Source: Somniosus microcephalus
Lineage: Eukaryota
Direction of reading: 5' to 3'
DNA: 64,000 nucleotides
Assembly (NCBI GenBank): GCA_052327205.1
Contig: CM126207.1
Location: forward strand, 217,620,001-217,684,000
The notes under the pieces were generated by a model. The model was not told the origin of the DNA and did no database searches. It saw only the letters and a program-made list of their open reading frames with translations. Below, in pieces: positions 53,714 to 63,559 of the stretch (position 1 is its first letter; every line of letters starts with the position of its first letter). Both the position numbers and the translations under genes were made by a program.

Positions 53714-53859
53714 CCAGTTTCTCTAGCCTCTCATAACTAAAACCTTACATCCTTGCTATCATCTTAATGAGTCTCTTTTGCAACTCCTCAAAGATCTTGA
53801 CCTCTACTAAAGTAAAGCACCCAAAACCATAAAATAAATATACCAACTGAGGCCAGACC

Positions 53860-54060
53860 TGTGGTGTATGTAACCTGTTCCACCTTAAGAGATGTACTAC
53901 TTTCTCTGGCTGCTGTATATGTAATACCGGTGGTGACCACCGGTATATAAGTACTGTGTAGTGATATTGTATTTAGTATAGTCCTGACCTCCAACTAGTA
54001 AAGACCTGTTGAAACTTTATTCTTGTAGTCTGTGTCAGTAATTAATCTTAATACAACTGG
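53860..54060 (+). repeat. 5' LTR (3'-truncated by 17 bp)
   Basis: Matches the 3' LTR with 2 substitutions over 201 bp. Confidence 0.95.
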
Positions 54061-54232
54061 GAAAGGGGAGCAGCAGCGGCACGCCAAACGCCATTGCAGC
54101 CAGTGGGTGAAGACCGCCAAGCGCGGGAAAACCGCCATTTTGTAGGCGGAGGACGAAGACAAGAGCGGGAAGCCGCCATCTTGGGATAAAATAAATAAAT
54201 AAATAAATAAATAAATAAAATAAATTGCAACG

Positions 54233-57200
54233 ATGCCTAAACATGGGAACATTAATACCTTTGATAGCGACATCGAAGATTGGGCCATGTATGTAGAACG
54301 CATACAAAATTATTGTAAAGCAAATAAAATCCCAGATGCAGAGAAAGCACTAACTTTATTGAACTTAATGGGTGCGAAGACATACGGGCAATTGAAACAC
54401 CTTTTATCACCAGATGAACCGGCGGATAAGACGTTCGAGGAGATTGTTACTGTCCTGAAAAATCATCTAAACCCCACGCCGCTGATGCTAGCGGAACGAT
54501 TTAAATTTTACAGCAGAAGGCAGCTGAAGGATGAAAGCAATGCTGAATATATAATGGAACTGTGTAAGCTAGCAAAGTACTGTCAGTTTGGAACGGGACT
54601 AACAGACGCGCTAAGAGATAAATTTGTGTGTGGATTATTAAAAGAAGATACACAAAAGCGACTGCTCGAGGAGAATGAGCTGCCGCTTGAGAAAGCGGTC
54701 ACTATGGCAGCAGCACACGAAGCCGCAGTGAGAGGCACGGCAGTAATGCAGCTATGGTCACCGGAACTCAGTACAAATAAATTGGGTTTGAGTACTGTAA
54801 AATGTTATCATTGTGGAAAGACAACACACGATCAGAACCAGTGTTGGTTTAAAAACCAAGAATGCAGAACGTGTGGCAGGCTTGGCCACATAGCTAAAGT
54901 ATGCCGGTCAGGAAAGAAGACCAGCAACAAAAAGTCACCGCAAGGAAAATACATAAAGGTGCACAAGGTGACAAAGACCAGTTCGAACGAACAGAAGTCA
55001 GATTCAGACGCTAGCAGTAATGAACTGGGTAGCTTAAGAGTACACAACGTTGGTAAGGATGCAGATCTCCAGACAATTTGGGTCACTCTTCAGATAGCAG
55101 GAGTCCAAGTAAAGATGGAATTGGACACTGGATCAGCATTGACGGTCATGAATAAGAAAGATTACAAAAGGTTATTCCAACATATTCCCCTACGGGATAC
55201 GGAGATTATATTGAAAACATACACGGGGCAAAGAGTGTACCCCATCGGAAAGATAGAGGTAAAAGTGGTCCACAAGGGCGAAGAAAGCCAAGTAATGGAC
55301 TTATATGTGCTACCTGAAGGAGGTCCACCACTACTGGGACGGGAGTGGATTAGGAAAATGAATATGGACTGGCACTCCTTAAAAGCACTAACGGTAGATT
55401 CCGGGGAAACAGATGTCAAACCTAAACGATTGTCCAAAATATTGGATGATGCTAAAGAGGTGTTCCAGCAAGGACTGGGAACACTGAAAGGAATTACGGC
55501 AAACATCAAGATTGATGAACATGCACAACCAAAATTTTTCAAAGCCAGACCGGTACCCTATGCAATACGACCTACTGTAGAAGCGGAACTGGAAGCGCTA
55601 GAACGTTCAGGTGTACTGTCTAAGGTAGATTGGAGTGAGTGGGCTACGCCCATTGTTCCCGTTATGAAACGTCCTTCGAGCAACAAGCCAGGAGAACCAG
55701 GGAAGGTTCGCATCTGTGGAGATTTCAAGATCACCGTTAATCCGGTGCTTCACACGGTGCAGTATCCGCTTCCGCGGATTGAGGATATTTTTGCTTCGTT
55801 GTCTGGCGGGAAACACTTCACCAAGATAAACCTGGTGCAGGCGTACTTGCAGATGGAGGTTGAAGAAGAGTCACGCCAGTACCTCACGATCAACACGCAT
55901 AGAGGTTTGTACCGGTATAATAGGCTGGTTTTTGGAGTGGCATCGGCTCCGGCAATTTGGCAGAGGGCCATGGAGCAGGTATTACAGGGAATTCCAGGCA
56001 CACAATGTTACCTGGACGATATTCTGATTACAGGTGATGGTGATGAAGAACACCTCGCAAACTTGGAACTGGTGCTCAACAGACTGAAAGAGTATGGACT
56101 TAGAGTTAATCGGCAGAAATGTGAGTTCTTTCAGAAGCGGATCTCGTACTGTGGTCATGTCATTGACCGGGAGGGGCTTCATAAGTCTCCTGACAAGATA
56201 GAGGCAGTTGTAAAGGCTCCCGCTCCGGATAATGTCTCTCAGTTGAGGTCGTTTCTGGGATTGATTAACTATTACCATAAGTTTCTACCGAATCTATCCA
56301 CGGTACTGCACCCGCTGAACGCTCTTTTACAGAAGGGGGTACCATGGGAATGGAGCGAAAACTGTAAGAAGGCATTTCGCAAAAGCAAAGAATTGATCAC
56401 CTCAGAGGAAGTGTTGGCTCACTTCAACCCGACACTGCCTATTCGGTTGGCTTGCGATGCTTCTCCATATGGTATTGGGGCAGTACTCTCACACAAGTTG
56501 CCAAATGGCACGGAAAGGCCAGTCGCGTTTGCATCCAGATCATTGACCTCCGCTGAGCGCAACTATGCGCAGATCGATAGGGAGGCTCTCAGCCTTGTAT
56601 GGGGAGTGAAGAAGTTTAATCATTACCTGCAGGGCCAAAAATTCACACTTCTGACAGACCATCAGCCGTTGGTATCCATTTTTAACCCTAAGAAGGGTGT
56701 TTCGGTGATGACAGCACAGCGACTCCAGAGATGGTCCCTTTTCCTAGGGGCACATCAATATCAAATAGAATTCAAAGGTACAAAGCAGCATGGCAATGCT
56801 GATGGGCTGTCGCGCCTGCCACTACCTGAAGCGGAAGAGACGACGAAAGTTGACCCTGTTGAGTTATTTCATTCGACCATCATCGAGTGTTTGCCAGTCA
56901 CCAATGCAAGTATTGAAAGAGAAACCAGGAACGACCCGACACTGTCCCGAGTTTACGAGGTGACAGTGAAGGGATGGCCAACACATGGTGATCCTCTGTT
57001 ACCGGCATTCTCGGCAAGGCGAGAGCAGCTGTCCGTCTGCCATGGTACTTTGATGTACGGGACAAGAGTGATTATTCCTCCCAAGTTACGGGAAAGAGTT
57101 CTAAAGGAACTGCATGAAGGTCATCTGGGGGGAGTTAAGATGAAAAGTCTTGCTAGGGCTTATGTATGGTGGCCGGGCATTGACCAACAGATAGAGGAGT

Positions 57201-58147
57201 TGACAAAAAGCTGCGTTGGGTGCCAAAAAGTGCAAAATGCACCTCCGATCGCACCACTACACCCATGGGAATGGCCTTCAGCCCCATGGCAACGCGTACA
57301 TATTGACTTTGCTGGTCCATTCATGGACTCCATGTTCCTAATTGCGGTGGACGCACATTCCAAATGGCCAGAAGTGATCAAGATGAATACCACTACTTCA
57401 GAAAAGACAATTGCGGTGTTAAGAACAATATTCGCAAGGAACGGATTGCCAGAACAGATATGTTCGGACAACGGACCACAGTTCGTGTCGGAAGAATTCC
57501 AAAAATTCTTAAAGAAGAATGGGGTGAAACATTATACCTCTGCCCCATATCATCCGGCAACAAACGGGTTGGCCGAGAGATTTGTCCAAACATTCAAAAA
57601 GGCAATAAAGGCCATGAACGATGATCAGATTCCGTTACAACACAAGGTGGACAATTTCCTAATGGCATATCGAAACGCCGCTCATGCAGTGACTAACCAA
57701 AGTCCTGCCATGATGTTTTATAACAGGAGGTTGCGGTCCAGGTTGGACTTGTTAAAACCAAATGTGCGGAGGGAAGTGGAAAACAAACAGTTCCGGCATA
57801 TTAATAACAAGTCCACTCGAAGTTTTGACGTAGGACAACCAGTGTTGGCAAGGGGCTATGGAAACGAAAAATGGCAGACAATTCGGGCCAGACAAGGACC
57901 TCTGATGTACACAGTAGATATTGGTAACAATATGATAAGGCGTCATGCGGATCAACTGGTAGAATCAAGAGCAAGGGTCGAACCCATGGTTGCGACAGAG
58001 ACAACTGTGGAAGATGTTAATGAACCTGAAGCATCTACCTCGGCAGGGACTGTACCTGATGATGACGTCCAATACATAGGAAACCAACAAGAAGAGTCAC
58101 CTCAGCAACAAGAATCAGAGACCACTGAAAGGCGTTATCCAAACTGA
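54233..58147 (+). CDS. Gag-Pol polyprotein (1304 aa): gag with two CCHC knuckles, aspartic protease, RT, RNase H, integrase
   Basis: CYHCGKTTHDQNQC and CRTCGRLGHIAKVC, LDTGS, YLDD, ACDAS, integrase zinc-binding region (LHEGHLG...CVGC) and D,D35E core (HIDF, SDNG, LAER); PR-RT-RH-IN order. Confidence 0.95.
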   Translation: MPKHGNINTFDSDIEDWAMYVERIQNYCKANKIPDAEKALTLLNLMGAKTYGQLKHLLSPDEPADKTFEEIVTVLKNHLNPTPLMLAERFKFYSRRQLKDESNAEYIMELCKLAKYCQFGTGLTDALRDKFVCGLLKEDTQKRLLEENELPLEKAVTMAAAHEAAVRGTAVMQLWSPELSTNKLGLSTVKCYHCGKTTHDQNQCWFKNQECRTCGRLGHIAKVCRSGKKTSNKKSPQGKYIKVHKVTKTSSNEQKSDSDASSNELGSLRVHNVGKDADLQTIWVTLQIAGVQVKMELDTGSALTVMNKKDYKRLFQHIPLRDTEIILKTYTGQRVYPIGKIEVKVVHKGEESQVMDLYVLPEGGPPLLGREWIRKMNMDWHSLKALTVDSGETDVKPKRLSKILDDAKEVFQQGLGTLKGITANIKIDEHAQPKFFKARPVPYAIRPTVEAELEALERSGVLSKVDWSEWATPIVPVMKRPSSNKPGEPGKVRICGDFKITVNPVLHTVQYPLPRIEDIFASLSGGKHFTKINLVQAYLQMEVEEESRQYLTINTHRGLYRYNRLVFGVASAPAIWQRAMEQVLQGIPGTQCYLDDILITGDGDEEHLANLELVLNRLKEYGLRVNRQKCEFFQKRISYCGHVIDREGLHKSPDKIEAVVKAPAPDNVSQLRSFLGLINYYHKFLPNLSTVLHPLNALLQKGVPWEWSENCKKAFRKSKELITSEEVLAHFNPTLPIRLACDASPYGIGAVLSHKLPNGTERPVAFASRSLTSAERNYAQIDREALSLVWGVKKFNHYLQGQKFTLLTDHQPLVSIFNPKKGVSVMTAQRLQRWSLFLGAHQYQIEFKGTKQHGNADGLSRLPLPEAEETTKVDPVELFHSTIIECLPVTNASIERETRNDPTLSRVYEVTVKGWPTHGDPLLPAFSARREQLSVCHGTLMYGTRVIIPPKLRERVLKELHEGHLGGVKMKSLARAYVWWPGIDQQIEELTKSCVGCQKVQNAPPIAPLHPWEWPSAPWQRVHIDFAGPFMDSMFLIAVDAHSKWPEVIKMNTTTSEKTIAVLRTIFARNGLPEQICSDNGPQFVSEEFQKFLKKNGVKHYTSAPYHPATNGLAERFVQTFKKAIKAMNDDQIPLQHKVDNFLMAYRNAAHAVTNQSPAMMFYNRRLRSRLDLLKPNVRREVENKQFRHINNKSTRSFDVGQPVLARGYGNEKWQTIRARQGPLMYTVDIGNNMIRRHADQLVESRARVEPMVATETTVEDVNEPEASTSAGTVPDDDVQYIGNQQEESPQQQESETTERRYPN

Positions 58148-58266
58148 ATCAGAAGGCCTCCTGAGAGACTGAACCTTTGAACTGTTTATACCTGAAGTTA
58201 TATATGTATATATATTATTATGTTATGTTAAATGGGGATATGACTGTTAAGCTAAAAAGGGAGGAT

Positions 58267-58510
58267 TGTGGTGTATGTAACCTGTTCCACCTTAAGAGAA
58301 CTTAAGCCTGTTCCACCTTAAGAGATGTACTACTTTCTCTGGCTGCTGTATACGTAATACCGGTGGTGACCACCGGTATATAAGTACTGTGTAGTGATAT
58401 TGTATTTAGTATAGTCCTGACATCCAACTAGTAAAGACCTGTTGAAACTTTATTCTTGTAGTCTGTGTCAGTAATTAATCTTAATACAACTGGAACACGC
58501 AGACTTAACA
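58267..58510 (+). repeat. 3' LTR (244 bp)
   Basis: Follows the PPT; carries a 26-bp duplication-type insertion absent from the 5' LTR. Confidence 0.95.
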
Positions 58511-58614
58511 AGACCAATGCTGTTTCTCTATTAACATCATTATTAGCTTGCTTTGTTAACTATTAACTGTTAACTGTTAATAATAAGGGTAATATAAGAA
58601 GGAAAAATCCAAAT

Positions 58615-58836
58615 TCTGAAAATCTGAAATTAAAGGAGAAAATGCTGGAAATACAGAGCAGATCAGTCAGTGACTGAAAATCGATAAGGCAGGTTATGAG
58701 ACTTCAACACTGTACCCTTCGTCAGCCTTCAGTCTGATGAAGGGTATGCGTCCAAAATGCCGTAACTGTGTCTTTTCTCTTTATAGATGCTGACTGACCT
58801 GCTGTGTATTTCCAGCATTTTCAGTTTTTTATTTTT
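58615..58836. mobile_element. Palindromic Penelope-type non-autonomous element with hammerhead-like cores
   Basis: Perfect 16-bp inverted arms AAAATGCTGGAAATAC (58639-58654) / GTATTTCCAGCATTTT (58806-58821); central inverted pair TACCCTTCGTCAG / CTGATGAAGGGTA. Confidence 0.7.
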
Positions 58837-60090
58837 AAGTGCGTTACCTTACATTCCATATCCCTTTATCTGTCTGCTACCGTCTAGCTAGTGTAAATAT
58901 CAAACAATGGTCCTTCACTGGGAAAATAAAGTCAGTTGTACGTGCATTTTCCACATATACATTTGCATTATGCTACAACATCGTTTTTATGGACTCTTTT
59001 TAAGAGCATGCTGCTAACTGTAAAAACATTGCGGAAAATCAGTTACAGACTTAATAGGAATGCACTGTATTTTGACAAAGAATATCCCATGCATTTGATT
59101 TAATCTAGTGTGGCTCCCCATGTAGCAATCTGTCAAGGTTGGACAGGTGGTCTTATGCAGAGTGGAGAAAATCTCTTCAGCTCCCTTACCGCTGCCCCTC
59201 CTGCAGTTTGATCCACTTCACCTCTCTCCCTTTCTGCAGCTAGACGCAGATGTGAAACAGATTATGGTGGTGTGTGACACTGGCTGGGGCTTTGGAGCCT
59301 CCGCAGTACTTTCATGCTAACTAGGAGGTGCCTCCCACCCTCCCATACCCCAAGCTCAGTCACGCTTCATCATCACAGGAAGATTAGGTCACAGGAGCTG
59401 AGTGACGTGCAGCCAACGCCAAAGAGCTCATAACATATGTATCTGCTGCTATTTGCCTTGTATTACACTCTTCACATGCACCCATAAAATAGCAAAAATG
59501 TCCGCTTCTTTTTTTGGGAATATTTTCTGGCGTCTCAGGTGCTTAACAAAAGCAAGCATGCAAACAGGCACGGGAGTATTTGCAGCTTACAGCCAGAGCA
59601 GTGACAAGCACTTCCTAATTAAATGACATACAGGGGAAAGATGCTGAATTTCAACAATGCTGATCACACCATCTTCTTCTTCTAATCAACTAAGAGCAAC
59701 AGAAGGCTAAATTAGGCCAAATCCTTTTCGACGGGCTGGTTTTCGAATCATCTGTCTCTTTTAATGCTACAGTCAGGGGCTGCTCAATAAGATATTCTAT
59801 GCAGACAACCTGTAGAAATCACTAATCCAATGTAAATGTAGTTTGAAATTAGGGTTGGCGAGAGGTTACAACAACACAAGGGGTTGTTGAAACTGATAGA
59901 AAGTAGAGATTAAGCAGAAGTGAAGCACCAAAATGCTTTGGGACATAAGGAGCTTCTGGTTTTTTATTAGCCCAAGGGAAGTGTATGAGTTTCTTCATAC
60001 TTTGTTTTAGTGAATGATTTCTGTAATGCTCTCTACTTGATTGTAACTAGGAATAGGGATACCTGCCGCAGTCCAAAATGTAGTGGTCTA

Positions 60091-60892
60091 CTCTTCTTCT
60101 CTTCTTAGGCAGTCCCTCGGAACTGAGGATGACTTGCTTCCACATTAAAAATGAGTTTGCAGGTGACTGATGAGTCCAATGCGGGACCTACAGTCTCTGT
60201 CACAGGTGGGGCAGATGGTGGTTGAAGGGGCGGGTGGGTGGGGTGCTTGGGTTGATGTGTGCTCCTTGTGCTGCCTGCGCTTGGCTTCCGCTTGCTCCCA
60301 GCGAAGAGACTCGAGGTGTTCGGCGCCTTCCTGGATACTTCTCCTCCACTTTGTGTGGTCTTGGGCCAGGGATTCCCAGGTGTCGGTGGGGATGTTGCAC
60401 TTTTTCAAGGAGGCTTTGAGGGTGTCCTTGAAGTGTTTCCTCTGCCCACCTGGGGCTCTCTTGCCGTGCCGGAGCTCCGAGTAAAGCGCTTGTTTTGGGG
60501 GTCTCGTATTGGGCATGCGGACAATGTGACCCGTCCATCGGAGCTGATCGAGCGCGGTCAAAGCTTCAATGCTGGGGATGTTGGCCTGAGCAAGAACACT
60601 GATGTTGGTGCGCCTATCCTGCCAATGGATTTGCAAGATCTTGCAGAGGCTGCGTTGGTGGTACCTCTCCAGTGCTTTGAGGTGCCTGCTGTACATGGTC
60701 CATGTCTCTGAGGAATACAGCAGAGTGGGTATCAACTGCTGCTCTGTAGACCATGAGCTTAGTGCCGGGTTTGAGGTCCTGGTCTTCAAACACTCTCTTC
60801 CTCAGGCGACCGAAGGCTGCACTGGCACACTGAAGGCTGTGTTGGACTTCGTTGTCGACGTCTGCCCTTGTTGACAGTAGGCTCCCGAGGTA
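60091..60892 (-). mobile_element. RTE-clade LINE 3' fragment
   Basis: YLGSLLS...AFGRLRKRVF, LLYSSETWT, QLRWTGHIVRM, C2H2-like CPTCDRDCRSRIGLISHLQTH; (AAG)-type tail; frameshift present. Confidence 0.92.
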
Positions 60893-61207
60893 TACTAGTA
60901 AACAAACCAAGACCAATCTATTACTCTTCACAGTACATACAAACTTTGGCACAGTAAGGAGAACTCATTTGTAGTGTAGGCTAAGGAAGAGTGAATAGCT
61001 AAGACTCAGCTTTCCTCTTTGAGGGAGAATTGCTTTGCTAAGTGTCTGATTTTGGTTTACGTTTGTAAACCATAGGCAGGGTTTTCCTTTGCTAAAATAA
61101 TTTCTATGTTACAATATTTAGAGTCACATTTAACTTCCAATTTTCTATTCCTAATTTTCTTTTTTTTCTTTCTTGAAATCATCATGTGTGAGCCTGAAAA
61201 AAATAGT

Positions 61208-61352
61208 GGCCAGGAATTTCCTCGGAGCTACTCCTGCTCTGCTGTGGTAACTTCACTGGGAGTGCAACGGATAACCTCGTTTACACTCACAAACATTCTG
61301 TCGCACTTCCAGCGAAGTTACAGCAGGAGCAGCTCCAAGGAAATTCCTGGCC
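61208..61352. mobile_element. 145-bp fold-back MITE
   Basis: Long TIRs GGCCAGGAATTTCCTCGGAGCT / AGCTCCAAGGAAATTCCTGGCC, TSD AGT. Confidence 0.9.
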
Positions 61353-61407
61353 AGTGAAAACCGACCACTTCACCACTATTGCAGTCAAGCCAGATCCCAC
61401 CCTCACC

Positions 61408-61724
61408 CAAACATAGAAACATAGAAGATAGGAGCAGGAGTAGGCCATTCGGCCCCTCGAGCCTGCTCCGCCATTTAATGAGATCATGGCTGATCATCCA
61501 AATTCAGTACCCTGTCCCTGCTTTCTCCTCATATCCCTTGATCCCTTTAGCCTTAAGAAATATATCTAAATCCTTCTTGAATATATTTAATGAATTGGCC
61601 TCAACTGCCTTGTGTGGTAGAGAATTCCACAGGTTCACCACTCTCTGGGTGAAGAAATTCCTCCTCATCTCAGTCCTAAATGGCTTACCCCTTATCTTTA
61701 GACTGTGACCCCTGGTTCTGGACA
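61408..61724 (-). mobile_element. CR1 LINE 3' end
   Basis: SRTRGHSLKIRGKPFRTEMRRNFFTQRVVNLWNSLP; tail seen as (CATAGAAA)n. Confidence 0.92.
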
Positions 61725-61871
61725 ATGTCTACATACAAGTGCTTTCCACTGGAGAATAATCAGGGCAAGAATATTTCTACCCTAGGGATACTGTGGCCAA
61801 TTGGAGTTCTCCCAACTACCTTTGGAATTGAGTCCAGGACTTTCTTGGTCCATGTGGCTCAGTATTACACC

Positions 61872-62065
61872 TTTCTGAAACTTGCTGGCGATTACTTCAG
61901 ACCAAATGAGGGACCAGTTTCAGAACTATTATTCGGGGAACCAAAACATGGAAACATAAAGAGAGGTCTGCCTAGAACTAAGCACAACACTCAACTTGTA
62001 CAAGATACAGAAATTCCGATAGAAGAATTACCAGCATGTATGATGAATAAAGAAGTGTGGAAGAC
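61872..62065 (+). mobile_element. Old RTE-like LINE C-terminal fragment
   Basis: LKLAGDYFRPNEGPVSELLFGEPKHGNIKRGLPRT...QLVQDT...MMNKEVWK resembles the RTE C-terminal pattern (LRFAGHxxR...LLWEPxHGxRxRGRP...DR..WR). Confidence 0.65.
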
Positions 62066-62097
62066 AGTCACAGGAGCTCCGGTGATAGTCAACCAAC

Positions 62098-63503
62098 GAA
62101 TCATAGAATTTATAGAATCATAGAATGGTTACAGCATGGAAGAAGGCCATTTGGCCCGTCGAGCCCGTGCCGACTCTCAGCTAGTCCCACTCCCCTGCCC
62201 TTTCCCCATAGCCCTGCAATTTTTTTCCTTCAGATACTTATCCAACTCCCTTTTGAAAGATAAAATTGAGTCTGCCTCCACCACCCTTTCAGGCAGCGCA
62301 TTCCAGATCCTAACCGCTCGCTGTGTAAAAAAGTGTTTTCTTACATTGCCTTTGGTCCTTTTGTCAATCACCTTAAATCTGTGTCCTCTGGTTCTTAACC
62401 CTTCTGCCAATGGGAACAGTTTCTCTCTATCTACTCTGTCCAGCTCCCTCATGATTTTGAACACCTCTATCAAATCTCCTCTCAATCTTCTCGGCTCCAA
62501 GGAGAACAACCCCAGCTTCTCCAGTCTATCAAGTCCCTCATTCCTGGAATCATTTTCATAAATCTTTTCTGCACCCTCTCTAAGGCCTTCACATTCTTCC
62601 TAAAGTGCGGTGCCCAGAATTGGACACAGTACTCCAGTTGGGGCCGAACCAGTGTTTTATACAGGTTCATCATAATTTCCACACTTTTGTACTCTATGGC
62701 CTAGAAATTGAGTTGATGCCGCGCCAGGGCTTTAGCGCCGGAAATTTAGCGCCGGCGCTAATTCCCTTGCGCGCGCCAAAAATTCAGTAGCGCCGCGCCC
62801 AGACGGCTGCCGGCGCTACTGGCGGGCGTGAGCGCCTCCCAATGGGCGCTGAGTGCCGAATTGCGGCGCTAATCCGGCGCTGCGGCACCCGATGCAGTGC
62901 GGCAGGCTGGGGAAGTGCAGGCCTCCTCCTTCAGTTAAGGAGGAGCTGCCTGCACCCGCCCGCTGTCCATTCAAATATTGAAAAAATGAGCCCGGCACCT
63001 CGGAAAAGTGCCGGGCTTGCAGGCCAGACGCATCTGTTCCGCGGGGGGGGGGGGGTGGAGGAGTCCGGGGAGGGAGGTGCGGGCAGGCAGCCGACGGGAA
63101 AGCGGCCGGCCGCCGCGCGACCTTAATGCGCTGGCGCTAACTCGGGGAAGACTCGGTTGCCAGAGTCTTAGTTGCGGCTGCCACGGGCGAGGCGGCCGCA
63201 ACTGAATTTCGGCGCTGGGGCCCGTCGGCATGGCAACCGGGACGCTGCGCACACCGATGACGTCATCGGTGCCGGCGCAGCGCTACCGGCTTAACGCCGA
63301 CGGAAGGGCCCCACTCAATTTCCCAACTGGCCATAACTCCGGCGCTAGGCCCTCTAGCGCCTCAAATGCGGCGCTAAGGCTACTCAATTTCTAGGCCTAT
63401 ATCTTTTTTAACTGCTTTCTCAACCTGCCCTGCCATCTTCATCGATTTGAGCACACATAACCCCAGGTCTCACTGTTCATGCACCCCCTTTAGGATTGTA
63501 CCC
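62098..63503 (-). mobile_element. CR1 LINE 3' fragment interrupted by a MITE
   Basis: LYKTLVRPQLEYCVQFWAPH, RRLRGDLIEVFKIM, VRIWNALP; tail seen as (ATCATAGA)n; resumes at 63398. Confidence 0.9.
62698..63397. mobile_element. Young CpG-rich PIF/Harbinger-like MITE (700 bp)
   Basis: Perfect 16-bp TIR GGCCTAGAAATTGAGT / ACTCAATTTCTAGGCC, TSD TAT, many GCGCC/GGCGC subterminal motifs. Confidence 0.93.
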
Positions 63504-63559
63504 TTTTTGTGTCATACCATTCATTGCACTTACTGAGAGTGTCTTTCCTCAGATTCTAA

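Larger units (their letters stand above)
52150..53859 (-). mobile_element. Old CR1 3' fragment hosting L2, MITE and Gypsy insertions
   Basis: Collinear minus-strand CR1 pieces at 52150-52428, ~52810-52893 and 53714-53859, resuming briefly after 58510. Confidence 0.7.
53860..58510 (+). mobile_element. Full-length Ty3/Gypsy LTR retrotransposon (Mag-like single gag-pol ORF)
   Basis: TG...CA termini, 5-bp TSD AGACC (53855-53859 and 58511-58515), two LTRs, polypurine tract AAAAAGGGAGGA at 58254-58265. Confidence 0.97.
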
